Shown: positions 1 to 14,209 of the stretch, one piece after another | Layout of the letters: each line of letters begins with the position of its first letter | How positions within the stretch are numbered: position 1 is the first letter of the stretch | NCBI GenBank assembly: GCA_049510745.1 | Contig: JBEKYR010000002.1 | Location: 192,001-256,000, forward strand | Reading direction: 5' to 3' | Length of the DNA: 64,000 bases | DNA from: Verrucomicrobiota bacterium | GTDB taxonomy: Bacteria; Verrucomicrobiota; Verrucomicrobiia; Limisphaerales; Palsa-1400 | Program-made: the position numbers and the translations under genes | The notes under the pieces: model-generated | The model's database searches: none | What the model was told of the DNA's origin: nothing | Seen by the model: the letters and a program-made list of their open reading frames with translations, nothing else

Positions 1-1
1 T

Positions 2-658
2 GCGCACCGTCCCCTGGTTCGCCAGCCCTTCGGGGCCGCAGCCGTCAATGGAAACATCGGCCCGCACATCCACCAAGCCATTGGTCAAATTGTCAATCTC
101 CCCCCAATAATCGCACCGGTTGAGGTTCAAATTGCCGCTTTGCAGGAGGATCGTTCCCGAATTGGTCACGTCCTCGCCGAGGGTGTAGTCGGTGCCGTCG
201 ATGCCGGCCAGGGTCAGCACACCGTTTGTGGTGACGGTCAGGGTCACCGGGCTGTTCCCCAATTGGCCGGCGGTCCAATTGAACTGGCCGCTGACAGTCA
301 GGGGACCGGAAAACAGGCCGCCCTGCAAAAGGAAGACCCCGTTGGAATCCACCAGGCTGGGCTGGGCGGACACCAGTGTCAAACTAAAGTTGGTCGTGGC
401 CAGGGTTTGTTGTCCGCTGCTTCCCCCCAGCGTCAGGTTGGTGAGGGTGACGTTGGCGCTGAGGGTGACGGTGTAAACGCCGGCGTTGGTGATAAAAGCG
501 GCGTCATTGGTTCCCGGCGTCTGGTTGGGGTCCCAATTGTTGGTGGCGCTCCAATCGCCGCCGGCGGCATTGGTCCAGACGAGGTTGAGGGCGTGAGCCT
601 GGGTTCCGGCCGCCAAAAGGAGGGCGGCCACGGAGCGAAACAGACGGTGTGGGGGCAT
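2..658 (-). CDS. Secreted beta-strand-rich surface protein, N-terminal part (runs off the window)
   Basis: Not in the ORF track because it has no stop in the window. ATG at 658 reads MPPHRLFRSVAALLLAAGTQAHA (signal peptide) then LNLVWTNAAGGDWSATNNWDPNQTPG..., a Gly/Thr/Asn-rich passenger-like sequence. Confidence 0.8.
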   Translation of the reverse strand, partial: MPPHRLFRSVAALLLAAGTQAHALNLVWTNAAGGDWSATNNWDPNQTPGTNDAAFITNAGVYTVTLSANVTLTNLTLGGSSGQQTLATTNFSLTLVSAQPSLVDSNGVFLLQGGLFSGPLTVSGQFNWTAGQLGNSPVTLTVTTNGVLTLAGIDGTDYTLGEDVTNSGTILLQSGNLNLNRCDYWGEIDNLTNGLVDVRADVSIDGCGPEGLANQGTVR

Positions 659-886
659 AGAATGGGCGGAATTACGGTCGTTATGGATCAGCGCGGTTCT
701 TCCTCTTGTAAAATCAAGCCATCAAGTCATTTCTCCGAATAATTGTAACCGATGGCCCCTGATCGTCAACCGGTTTGATGCTGTCAAAAACCCAAGATGG
801 AAAGGGCGGGGGAAGAGGTGTTTAAGGGGGCGTTTTTTTACGCTTTCAGAGCGCGTTTTGGAGTGCTTTTTGAAGTTTTCAGACTC

Positions 887-934
887 CCACAACCCGTAGC
901 GTAAGGGGCGGGAAATGGCCCCAACCGGTTGTGT
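887..934. promoter_or_regulatory. Tandem NrdR-box-like 16-mers upstream of gyrB
   Basis: CCACAACCCGTAGCGT (887-902) and CCCCAACCGGTTGTGT (919-934), starts 32 bp apart. The outer arms fit the NrdR consensus; the centres are GC-rich and degenerate. Confidence 0.4.
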
Positions 935-981
935 TTTTTCGGCAAAAAAACATTGAATTAAAGGTTGTCTAAAACCGCTGA

Positions 982-3546
<2,565 letters not shown>

Positions 3547-3551
3547 ACCCG

Positions 3552-3674
3552 GAAAATGACGAATGACTAAAGAATGCTCAAATGACTCAATGACGAATTC
3601 CGTGACAACAACGCCATTAGACATTAGGGCATTCGTCATTCTTTCGTCATTGGTGCTTCGTCATTAGTCATTTC
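3552..3674. repeat. Inverted array of AATGAC/GTCATT heptamer-like repeats
   Basis: Left arm aaatgacgaatgac..aatgactcaatgacgaat; right arm attcgtcatt..ttcgtcatt..ttcgtcattagtcattt. Confidence 0.8.
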
Positions 3675-3685
3675 TTCTCTGACAC

Positions 3686-6346
3686 ATGCCTGACGAAAAC
3701 GACAAGAACAAACCCGGCGCGCCGGAAGGGACGTCGCCCTTCGGCAGCACGCCGCTTTTTGCCGCGAACGAAAAAATCGAGAAGGTCAACGTCTCCGACG
3801 AAATCAAGAATTCGTTCCTCGATTATTCGATGTCGGTCATTATCTCGCGCGCCCTGCCCGACGCGCGGGACGGATTGAAACCGTCGCAGAGGCGCATCCT
3901 CTTCGCCATGCATGAACTTGGGGTGATGCCGACCCGAAAGACCTTGAAATGCGCCAGAATTGTCGGGGAAACGATGGGCAAATACCATCCGCACGGCGAC
4001 ATGGCCATTTATCCGACGTTGGTTCACATGGCGCAACCGTGGGCCATGCGGGAAATGCTGATCGAGGGCCAGGGAAATTTCGGCTCGGTGGAAGGCGATC
4101 CGCCGGCCTCCATGCGTTACACCGAAGCCCGCCTCCGCCCTTTGGGCGCGGCCCTGATGTTTGACATGGACAGGGACACCGTCGATTTCGTTCCCAATTA
4201 CGACGGCGAGCACCAGGAACCGACTGTTTTTCCGGCGGCCTTTCCCAATCTTTTGGTCAATGGCGGCACAGGCATTGCGGTGGGCATGGCCACCAACATG
4301 GCCCCCCACAATCTCGGCGAAATCATCGACGGCGTCTGCGCCCAGATCGACAATCCGGAAATCACGGTCGAAGGATTGATGCAGCACATCAAAGGCCCGG
4401 ATTTTCCCACCGGCTGCGCCATCTGCGGGCTGGGCGGCATCAAGGATTATTTCACCACGGGCCGCGGCACGGTCAAAATTCGCGGCAAGGTCGGCCTGGA
4501 AGAGATCAAAGGGGGCCGCGAACAAATTGTCATCACGGCCATCCCCTACAACGTCAACCGCGCCCTGCTGGTGGAGCGGATTGCGGAGTTGGTCAACGAG
4601 AAAGTCATCACCGACATCACCGCGGTGCGCGATGAATCGGACGAAAACACGCGCGTGGTCATCGAAATCAAGCGCGACGCGCTGCCCAAGGTGGTGATCA
4701 ATAACCTTTTCCAACAAACGGCGCTGGAAAGCAGTTTCGCCGTCAACGCCCTGGCCATCGATCATGGCCGCCCCAAAACGCTCGGGCTCAAGGAGCTGAT
4801 CAATTGCTACATCGAGCACCGGCGGGAAGTGGTCATCCGCCGCGCGCGCTTCGAGTTGCGCAAGGCGGAGGAACGGGCCGAAACCCTCGAGGCCTATCTC
4901 ATAGCCCTGGCCAACCTGGACGAGTTTATTCGCATCATCCGCCAATCCAACACGCGGGAGGAAGCGAAGATCAAATTGCTGGCCTTCGATTTCACCCGCC
5001 AGCAGGTCGAGAACATCGGCATCATCATTCGCAGCGAAGCGCGGCTCACCAGCGGACGTTATTCCTTCAGCGAAGCCCAGGCCAACGCCATCCTTGAATT
5101 GCGCCTCTATCAATTGACCGGGTTGGAAGCGGACAAAATCCGGGCGGAGTACCGCCAGTTGCTCGAACGGATCAAGGATTTGCTCGACCTCCTGGCCAAG
5201 GAGGCGCGCGTCTTCGCCCTGATCAAGGCTGAGCTGCGCGAGATCAAAGAAAAGCACGCCACCCCGCGCCTGACCGAGCTGCTGCCCGAGGAAGGCGAGA
5301 TCGCCCTGGAGGATTTGATCGCCAACGAAGGGGTCATCATCACCATCACGCATGGCGGCCTGATCAAGCGCACCAACGTCAGCTCCTACCGCGCCCAGCG
5401 CCGCGGCGGCAAAGGGGTCATCGGCATGACCACCCGCGAAACCTCGGCCGCGCCCGGCGAGGCGGAGGATTTTATCGAGCACCTTTTCACCGCCAGCACG
5501 CACGATTATTTGATGTTCTTCACCAACACCGGCCGCGGCTACGTCGAGCGCGTCCATGAGGTGCCCGACATGGGGCGGGCCGCCAAGGGACGGAGCATCG
5601 CCAATTTGCTCGAATTGAAGGCGGACGAGAAGATCGCCGCCCTCATCCGCATCGTCGCCAAGACCGGCCCGAACAAGGAGGACCTCACCTGGACGGAGCC
5701 TCATTTCGTTTTCTTTGCCACGCAAAAAGGCACGGTCAAGAAAACCAGCCTGGAGGAATTCGCCAATGTGCGCAAAGGCGGCATCATCGCCATTGGAATC
5801 GAGGCGGGCGACACGCTCATCGACGTGCAGCTCACCGGCGGCCATGACGAGGTCGTGCTCATCACGCGCGAAGGCCAGAGCATCCGGTTTTCCGAAGAGG
5901 ACGCGCGGCCCATGGGCCGGCCGGCCGGTGGCGTCCGCGGCATTTCCCTGGAATCCTCCGACGCCGTGATAGCGTTGGCGGTGGTGGTGCCCGACGCGAC
6001 GCTGCTGGTGGCGGGCGAGAACGGCATCGGCAAACGCACCGATTTCGGCGAATACCGCCTCCAATCCCGCGGCGGCAAAGGCATCATCACCATGAAGACG
6101 ACGGACCGGACCGGGCACGTCGTCGGCGCGCTGACGGTGAAGGATGCCGACGAGATCATGCTCATTACGGTGGCCGGCCAGATGGTGCGCACGCGGGTGA
6201 GCGACATCCGCGAAGCCGGACGCAACACGCAGGGTGTCAAATTAATAGACCTGGAAGGGACGGACAAACTCAAGGCCATCGCGCCGGTCATCAGCGAGGA
6301 GAAGGAAGAAGGCGCCGAGGAACCGGAGCCTCCCGCGCCGAAGTAA
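3686..6346 (+). CDS. gyrA: DNA gyrase subunit A
   Basis: [27 protein letters not shown] (catalytic Tyr), GyrA-box QRRGGKG, C-terminal pinwheel repeats. Confidence 0.99.
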   Translation: MPDENDKNKPGAPEGTSPFGSTPLFAANEKIEKVNVSDEIKNSFLDYSMSVIISRALPDARDGLKPSQRRILFAMHELGVMPTRKTLKCARIVGETMGKYHPHGDMAIYPTLVHMAQPWAMREMLIEGQGNFGSVEGDPPASMRYTEARLRPLGAALMFDMDRDTVDFVPNYDGEHQEPTVFPAAFPNLLVNGGTGIAVGMATNMAPHNLGEIIDGVCAQIDNPEITVEGLMQHIKGPDFPTGCAICGLGGIKDYFTTGRGTVKIRGKVGLEEIKGGREQIVITAIPYNVNRALLVERIAELVNEKVITDITAVRDESDENTRVVIEIKRDALPKVVINNLFQQTALESSFAVNALAIDHGRPKTLGLKELINCYIEHRREVVIRRARFELRKAEERAETLEAYLIALANLDEFIRIIRQSNTREEAKIKLLAFDFTRQQVENIGIIIRSEARLTSGRYSFSEAQANAILELRLYQLTGLEADKIRAEYRQLLERIKDLLDLLAKEARVFALIKAELREIKEKHATPRLTELLPEEGEIALEDLIANEGVIITITHGGLIKRTNVSSYRAQRRGGKGVIGMTTRETSAAPGEAEDFIEHLFTASTHDYLMFFTNTGRGYVERVHEVPDMGRAAKGRSIANLLELKADEKIAALIRIVAKTGPNKEDLTWTEPHFVFFATQKGTVKKTSLEEFANVRKGGIIAIGIEAGDTLIDVQLTGGHDEVVLITREGQSIRFSEEDARPMGRPAGGVRGISLESSDAVIALAVVVPDATLLVAGENGIGKRTDFGEYRLQSRGGKGIITMKTTDRTGHVVGALTVKDADEIMLITVAGQMVRTRVSDIREAGRNTQGVKLIDLEGTDKLKAIAPVISEEKEEGAEEPEPPAPK

Positions 6347-6367
6347 AGGCGCCGGCTTTCGCAGGCC

Positions 6368-7960
6368 ATGAGATTCATCGCGCAACTTTTGGGCGCAGGC
6401 GCGTTTGCCGCGCTGCTGGTTTCAAAAAACCTTTCCGCGGCCGGCAGCGTCGAACAATGGGGCGTCTTTGAACTCGCGCTCAACGGGCCGACAAATGGAA
6501 ACCCATTCGTGGATGTGAATTTGTCCGCGCGGTTCACCCAAGGTGACGCCGCCATTGAGGCGGGTGGATTTTACGACGGCGAGGGAGTTTACCGTGTCCG
6601 GTTCATGCCGGAGAGGCAAGGGACGTGGCACTACGTCACGACGAGCAGCGCGAAAGAGTTGGGCGGCAAGTCAGGCGAACTCTCCGTCGCGCCGCCGTCC
6701 GCCGACAACCATGGCCCGGTTCACGTCGCGCACACGTTTCACTTCGCTTACGCCGATGGCAGGCCCTACCGGGAGCTGGGCACGACCTGTTACGCGTGGA
6801 TTCATCAGAATGAAGACCTGCAGGAGCAAACGCTGAGAACGCTGGCGTCGTCGCCGTTCAACAAAGTGCGCATGTGCGTTTTTCCGAAGCGCTATGATTG
6901 GAACAAGAACGAGCCGCCGCTCTATCCCTTTGAAGGCCAGCCGGCGAGCTTGTGGGACTTCACGCGCTTGAATCCAAGATTTTTCCAGCACCTCGAGCGG
7001 CGCGTTCTCGATCTGCAAAAACTGGGCATCGAGGCGGACGTCATTCTGTTTCATCCGTATGACCAAGGGCATTGGGGCTTTGACCGGATGCCGGCGGAGG
7101 CGGACGATCGCTATCTGCGCTATGTGGTGGCGCGGCTGGCGGCGTATCGAAACGTCTGGTGGTCGCTGGCCAATGAATACGATTTCATGAAGAAGAAAAA
7201 GGAGTCGGACTTTGTGCGTTTCGGTGAAATGGTTTCGCGCGACGATCCCTATCATCACCTGCTCTCGATTCACAACGGGGGGAAAATTTTCAACCAGACT
7301 TTGCCGTGGATCACGCACGCGAGCATTCAGAACGGCTCGGCGGTCGAGGACGCGGGCCGCGCTGTGCTGTATCGCGACGCGTATGGCAAGCCGGTTGTTT
7401 TCGACGAAGTGAAATACGAAGGCAACCTGCCGAGGCGCTGGGGAGATTTGTCGGCGGAAGAATTGGTGTTCCGGTTTTGGGAAGGCACGATTGCCGGAAC
7501 ATACGTCGGCCACGGCGAAACGTATCTAAGTCCTGACGATGTGATCTGGTGGTCCAAAGGCGGGGTGCTTAAAGGCCAAAGTCCGGCGCGCCTGGCGTTT
7601 CTGAAAACGGTTCTCGACGAAGCTCCGCCAGAAGGCATTGAGCCGATTGATAAATGGCAGGATCCGACTTACGGCGGTCAGGCGTCGAAATTTTATCTCG
7701 TCTATCTCGGCAAGCAGACACCGCAGTCGTGGGAATTTCAAATCCCAAAAGCGGCGCAAGGCGGCGGCATGGCGCCCGCCGCCGGCATGAAGTTCACCGC
7801 CGAGGTTCTCGATACATGGAATATGACCCTCACGCCGGTGGAAGGCGTCTTCACGCTGAAGAAGAAGGACAATTTTTCTTTCGCGGACAAGGATGGACGC
7901 CCGATAGCGCTTCCAGGCCGGCCTTACATGGCGATTCGGATCAAGCGGGTGAGCGAGTGA
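6368..7960 (+). CDS. Secreted putative glycoside hydrolase (DUF5060-DUF4038-DUF5605-like architecture)
   Basis: Signal peptide; VEQWGVFEL..GNPF, GFYDG.G.YRVRFMP, WWSLANEYD, DEVKYEGN motifs. Confidence 0.8.
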   Translation: MRFIAQLLGAGAFAALLVSKNLSAAGSVEQWGVFELALNGPTNGNPFVDVNLSARFTQGDAAIEAGGFYDGEGVYRVRFMPERQGTWHYVTTSSAKELGGKSGELSVAPPSADNHGPVHVAHTFHFAYADGRPYRELGTTCYAWIHQNEDLQEQTLRTLASSPFNKVRMCVFPKRYDWNKNEPPLYPFEGQPASLWDFTRLNPRFFQHLERRVLDLQKLGIEADVILFHPYDQGHWGFDRMPAEADDRYLRYVVARLAAYRNVWWSLANEYDFMKKKKESDFVRFGEMVSRDDPYHHLLSIHNGGKIFNQTLPWITHASIQNGSAVEDAGRAVLYRDAYGKPVVFDEVKYEGNLPRRWGDLSAEELVFRFWEGTIAGTYVGHGETYLSPDDVIWWSKGGVLKGQSPARLAFLKTVLDEAPPEGIEPIDKWQDPTYGGQASKFYLVYLGKQTPQSWEFQIPKAAQGGGMAPAAGMKFTAEVLDTWNMTLTPVEGVFTLKKKDNFSFADKDGRPIALPGRPYMAIRIKRVSE

Positions 7961-8167
7961 AAGAATCAAACGCACAGGATTCCGGCAAGTTTTGAATTCC
8001 GCCGTCTTCCTCCTCCCTGTCTTCGGCTAAACCCTCCGGGGTGCAAGTTCGGGGCAAAATCGGTTGAGTTTTCAGCAAAAAACGGAGAGCGGCAGAAATC
8101 AGGCCGCCTTACGTTGGCTTCGTAATAAATAAGCAAAATTCAGACTGCGTTCAATAAGGCAAACACG

Positions 8168-8458
8168 ATGCCAAGATGGAAGCACATTTTTTTGACGCTC
8201 GCGCTGGTGGAGTTTGCAATGGGGTCCAGCGACCTGCGGTCGACGCCCTTGTTTTTCCTGGGTCCGCCGCTGGGGGCGATACTGTTTGGGCTGTTTCTGA
8301 TAGCCCAAATGTTAGAAAAGGAACCGGCTCTGCTGGATGAGCAGAACCGTGCAGCGGGCCTGGACCAACACGAACCGGTCTGGAATCCAGGACCGCCTAA
8401 GAACTCTCACGATGAGGTGGCTACACATCCAGTCCCCGCCATAGCTCGATCCCACTGA
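8168..8458 (+). CDS. Small hypothetical membrane protein
   Basis: 96 aa with two hydrophobic segments; A-rich leader before the ATG; followed by a terminator. Confidence 0.65.
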   Translation: MPRWKHIFLTLALVEFAMGSSDLRSTPLFFLGPPLGAILFGLFLIAQMLEKEPALLDEQNRAAGLDQHEPVWNPGPPKNSHDEVATHPVPAIARSH

Positions 8459-8482
8459 GCTTACTGGAGCAAAGACAACGAT

Positions 8483-8517
8483 GGACGGCGCGCCCCAAAC
8501 GCGCCGTCCGGCTTTTT
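8483..8517 (+). terminator. Intrinsic terminator
   Basis: Stem GGACGGCGCG / CGCGCCGTCC followed by ggcttttt. Confidence 0.7.
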
Positions 8518-8705
8518 GGGCGGAGGCGCCAACCGGGACGGCGCCCGGAAACGATGACGGGGCGCTTGTCCGGCGCGACAGGGTGCCCAAAATTCAAAAT
8601 GAAAACCTCGCCTGCTTCAACTACGCCGACCCGTTCACCCTGAAAGCAGCGCCTTGACGCGGCCCTGGCGGAAGGCTGTGGGCGCGCCTTCGTCAAAACA
8701 AGCGG

Positions 8706-8732
8706 AACGGCAGGCGGCAGACGCCTGCCGTT
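8706..8732 (-). terminator. Hairpin terminator of the 8751-9044 gene
   Basis: AACGGCAGGCG-gcaga-CGCCTGCCGTT, 11-bp stem just past the stop on the minus strand. Confidence 0.6.
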
Positions 8733-8750
8733 TCCTTTGAGAGCGGGGGG

Positions 8751-9044
8751 CTATTTCTTCTTTTTCGCCGCCGCCTTACCCTTGGATTCGCTGGCGAGGC
8801 GATAGGTCAGCGTCTGGTTGCGGCGCTTGGACCCTGAATACTTCCGCGCCCATTCCCGGTTGGCGATGGCGTGCTTCAAGCAATGCCAGGCCGTCACCTT
8901 GGGTTCCCCGCAGATGACGCATCGCCCCTCTTTCGCCCGGCGAAGCTGCCATTTCTGCTGCCGGGAAATCGGCAGGTCTGTGAACTCGTCGATGATTTTC
9001 TTGCGTGTATAGGTGTTCGGTTTTTTCTTTTGTCCTTTTTTCAT
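8751..9044 (-). CDS. Small, very basic protein with a putative zinc finger
   Basis: 97 aa, K/R-rich; CVIC...HCLKH motif; has its own terminator. Confidence 0.7.
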   Translation of the reverse strand: MKKGQKKKPNTYTRKKIIDEFTDLPISRQQKWQLRRAKEGRCVICGEPKVTAWHCLKHAIANREWARKYSGSKRRNQTLTYRLASESKGKAAAKKKK

Positions 9045-9432
9045 ATAATTCGCTCATCTCGTGCTTGAATGTTTTCCGCCCGCGGCCGCCGGAAGGCCCG
9101 CGAGTTTCCGTTTCCGCCGATCCATCAACCGGCCTCGAAAACCGTGTTTGCCGCCCGCCCTTCAGCCGCCCGCCATTCGTTATCCCGCAAAAATATGATA
9201 TACGCCCGCGAAAGAAAAGGAAAAAATGGGCTTGTCGCAAAGAATTTGTCGGCGCCCCTCCGGCCGCGCGTCCGGGCCGCCCGGCCCAAGGAGCCGGGGC
9301 GGCTCCGGCCGACGACAGTTTCGGGCTTCCTGTTGTCCGCGATCTTTGCTTAACTGAGGCGAAATCGGCATGGATAGATAGGGAAGCCCTTCCTCACTAC
9401 GCCCACGGAGCGGGGTTCTCCGCGCTTTTTTC

Positions 9433-9451
9433 TTTTACGGATTTTTTACGG
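9433..9451 (+). promoter_or_regulatory. Putative KdpE (OmpR-family) binding site
   Basis: Direct repeat TTTTACGG at 9433 and 9444 (11-bp period) in a T-rich tract about 85 bp before the kdp operon. Confidence 0.6.
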
Positions 9452-9534
9452 CTTGGGCCGGTTTTTTGATTACCGCGCCGCCGGGGGCGATGGCACTGTT
9501 TCCCACGTCAAGGGCGCCGAACGCCCCAAAATTT

Positions 9535-9618
9535 ATGAATGATTTGATTTTTATCGCGGTCATCGCCGGCTTCTTCATCGCAGCCGCGCTCTACGTCCGT
9601 TTTTGCGAGAAGCTTTAG
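9535..9618 (+). CDS. 27-aa hydrophobic kdp-associated peptide upstream of kdpF
   Basis: MNDLIFIAVIAGFFIAAALYVRFCEKL*; single TM helix; absent from the ORF track. Confidence 0.75.
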   Translation: MNDLIFIAVIAGFFIAAALYVRFCEKL

Positions 9619-9629
9619 GAGCCTGTTTT

Positions 9630-9713
9630 ATGTGGAACATCATTGTCGGCATTATTTCCCTGCTGCTGTTTATTTATCTGTTCGTGGCCATGATCCGGCC
9701 GGAAAAATTTTAA
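9630..9713 (+). CDS. kdpF: K+-transporting ATPase subunit F
   Basis: MWNIIVGIISLLLFIYLFVAMIRPEKF* has the KdpF YL..A..RPEKF signature; AGGAG upstream; absent from the ORF track. Confidence 0.92.
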   Translation: MWNIIVGIISLLLFIYLFVAMIRPEKF

Positions 9714-9722
9714 GGAGACACC

Positions 9723-11525
9723 ATGAACCACTCTCTGGACTGGCTGCAGTTGGCCTGCTTTGTCGCCGTGCTGGCGTTGGTGACCAAGCCCATGGGCTTA
9801 TACTTGTGCCAGGTGCTCGACGCCCGCGGCAAAACCTGGCTGGACGCGGTCCTCAAACCGCTGGAAAAGCTCACTTACCGGGTGATGGGAGTGGACCCGG
9901 AGCGCGAGCAGGACTGGAAGCAATACGCCTTCGCCATGCTTCTGTTCAGCCTGGTGAGTTGTTTGTTCACTTACGCCATCCTGCGCTTGCAACAACGGCT
10001 GCCGCTCAACCCGCAAGCCTTTGGCGCACTGAGTCCCGACCTGGCCTTTAACACCGCGGTCAGCTTCACCACCAACACCAACTGGCAAAGTTACTCCGGG
10101 GAATCGACCATGTCCTACCTGTCCCAAATGCTGGCGCTGGTCATTCATAATTTCGCCTCTGCCGCCACCGGCATCGCCCTGGCCGCCGCGCTGGTGCGGG
10201 CGGTGGCGCGGAATTCCGCCCGCACGCTGGGCAATTTCTGGGTCGATTTGATTCGCACCACCTACTACCTGCTGGTGCCGGTCTGCGTCGTCGTCGCGGT
10301 CTTCCTGGTGTCGCAGGGGATGATCCAGAACTTCAAGCCGTACACCAAGGCGGCGCTGCTCGAACCGCTGAAGATCAGCGTCGAGAAGAAAAACGACAAG
10401 GGCGAAACGATCAAAGGGCCGGACGGCAAAGCGGTCATGGAAGAACAAACGGTGACCGACCAATCCATTCCGCAGGGGCCGATGGCGTCGCAAGTCGCCA
10501 TCAAGATGCTCGGCACCAACGGGGGCGGTTACGCCAACGCCAACGCCGCTTATCCGTTCGAGAATCCCACCCCGCTCTCCAACTTCATCCAGATGCTCTC
10601 CATCTTCGCCATCGGCAGCGGGCTGACTTATTACCTGGGGCGCCAGACCAAAAACCAGGGTCATGGCTGGTCGGTCTGGGCGTCGATGATGGTCTTGTTT
10701 CTGGCCGGCTGCTTCCTGTGCTGGTGGGCGGAGGCGGGCGGCAACCCGATTCATCAGCATCTGGGCGTCGCCGCGGCCGGCGGCAACATGGAGGGCAAGG
10801 AAGTGCGCTTCGGCATCTTTAACTCCGCCCTCTTCGCCACCGTGACCACCGACGCTTCCTGCGGCGCGGTCAACTCCATGCACGATTCCTTCACGCCGCT
10901 GGGCGGTTTTGTCCCGCTGTTCAACATTCAACTGGGGGAAATCATCATCGGCGGCGTCGGGGCGGGGCTGTATGGGATGTTGGTTTTTGTGGTGCTGGCC
11001 GTGTTCATCGCGGGATTGATGGTCGGACGGACGCCGGAATACCTCGGGAAGAAAATCCAGGCTTACGACGTGAAAATGGCGATGCTGGCCCTGCTGGTGC
11101 TGGCGGTCTCCATCCTCGGATTCGCCGCCTGGGCCTCGGTCAGCAAATGGGGATTGGACGGGCTGAACAACAGCGGCCCGCACGGTTTGAGCGAAATCCT
11201 TTACGCGTTCAGCTCCGCCAACGGCAACAATGGCAGCGCCTTTGCCGGGCTGAACGCGAACACGCCCTGGTACAACACCACCCTGGGAATTGCGATGCTG
11301 GTGGGACGGTTTCTGATGATTGTGCCGATCATGGGCCTGGCCGGATCGCTGGTGGCGAAGAAAATCTCCCCGCCCAGCGCCGGGACCTTTCCCGTGGCCG
11401 GCGTCACGTTCGTCATCCTGCTGCTCGGCACGGTGCTGCTGGTGGGCGCGCTGAACTTTCTGCCCGCGCTGACCCTGGGGCCGATCATCGAGCATTTCCA
11501 GGCCCTCCACGGCAAACTGTATTGA
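9723..11525 (+). CDS. kdpA: K+-transporting ATPase subunit A
   Basis: [42 protein letters not shown]. Confidence 0.99.
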   Translation: MNHSLDWLQLACFVAVLALVTKPMGLYLCQVLDARGKTWLDAVLKPLEKLTYRVMGVDPEREQDWKQYAFAMLLFSLVSCLFTYAILRLQQRLPLNPQAFGALSPDLAFNTAVSFTTNTNWQSYSGESTMSYLSQMLALVIHNFASAATGIALAAALVRAVARNSARTLGNFWVDLIRTTYYLLVPVCVVVAVFLVSQGMIQNFKPYTKAALLEPLKISVEKKNDKGETIKGPDGKAVMEEQTVTDQSIPQGPMASQVAIKMLGTNGGGYANANAAYPFENPTPLSNFIQMLSIFAIGSGLTYYLGRQTKNQGHGWSVWASMMVLFLAGCFLCWWAEAGGNPIHQHLGVAAAGGNMEGKEVRFGIFNSALFATVTTDASCGAVNSMHDSFTPLGGFVPLFNIQLGEIIIGGVGAGLYGMLVFVVLAVFIAGLMVGRTPEYLGKKIQAYDVKMAMLALLVLAVSILGFAAWASVSKWGLDGLNNSGPHGLSEILYAFSSANGNNGSAFAGLNANTPWYNTTLGIAMLVGRFLMIVPIMGLAGSLVAKKISPPSAGTFPVAGVTFVILLLGTVLLVGALNFLPALTLGPIIEHFQALHGKLY

Positions 11526-11529
11526 TTTT

Positions 11530-13572
<2,043 letters not shown>

Positions 13573-13576
13573 GCTT

Positions 13577-14161
13577 ATGAAAGAATTCTTCGCCGAAATA
13601 CGCGGGGCGGTCATGGCCACCGTCATGCTGGCCATCGTCTGCTGCGGGGTTTATCCGCTGGTGGTGTTTGGCTGCGGCCGGCTCCTGTTCGCCGACAAAG
13701 CCGACGGCAGCCTGATTATTGACTCCAAAGGCGCCGTCCGCGGCTCCAGGCTGCTGGGCCAGTCCTTCAGCGGCGACAAGTATTTTCATCCCCGCCCCTC
13801 CGCCGCCGGCAACGGTTATGACCCGACCAGTTCCGGCGGAAGCAATCTCGGACCCACCTCCAAAAAGCTGGCCGATTCCATCGCGCAAAACATCGCCGAT
13901 TACCGGTCGCAAAACGGCCTCGACACCAACGCGCCCGTCCCCGCCGACGCGGTCACGGCCAGCGGCAGCGGCCTGGACCCGCACATCAGCCTGGCCAACG
14001 CGGAGTTGCAGGCGGCCCGCGTGGCCAAGGCCCGCGGCCTGACGGTCCCGGCGGTGCGCGCGCTCATCGACCGGCACATCGACAAGCCGGACCTTGGATT
14101 TCTCGGCGACCCCGGCGTCAACGTCCTGCCCCTGAATCTGGACCTTGATGGGGTCAAGTAG
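13577..14161 (+). CDS. kdpC: K+-transporting ATPase subunit C
   Basis: YFHPRPSA, SGGSNLGP, VTASGSGLDPHIS, VNVLPLNL. Confidence 0.98.
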   Translation: MKEFFAEIRGAVMATVMLAIVCCGVYPLVVFGCGRLLFADKADGSLIIDSKGAVRGSRLLGQSFSGDKYFHPRPSAAGNGYDPTSSGGSNLGPTSKKLADSIAQNIADYRSQNGLDTNAPVPADAVTASGSGLDPHISLANAELQAARVAKARGLTVPAVRALIDRHIDKPDLGFLGDPGVNVLPLNLDLDGVK

Positions 14162-14209
14162 ATTTACGGATTTTCCGCCCGGCCAAAGTCATTGGGGGGA
14201 AAATCCCGA

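Noticed and set aside
140..742. Plus-strand ORFs 140-742 and 192-476
   Set aside because: Antisense to the more credible minus-strand secreted protein starting at 658.
9060..9530. Possible c-di-AMP riboswitch before kdp
   Set aside because: No ydaO-type conserved motifs recognised; a covariance-model search would settle it.
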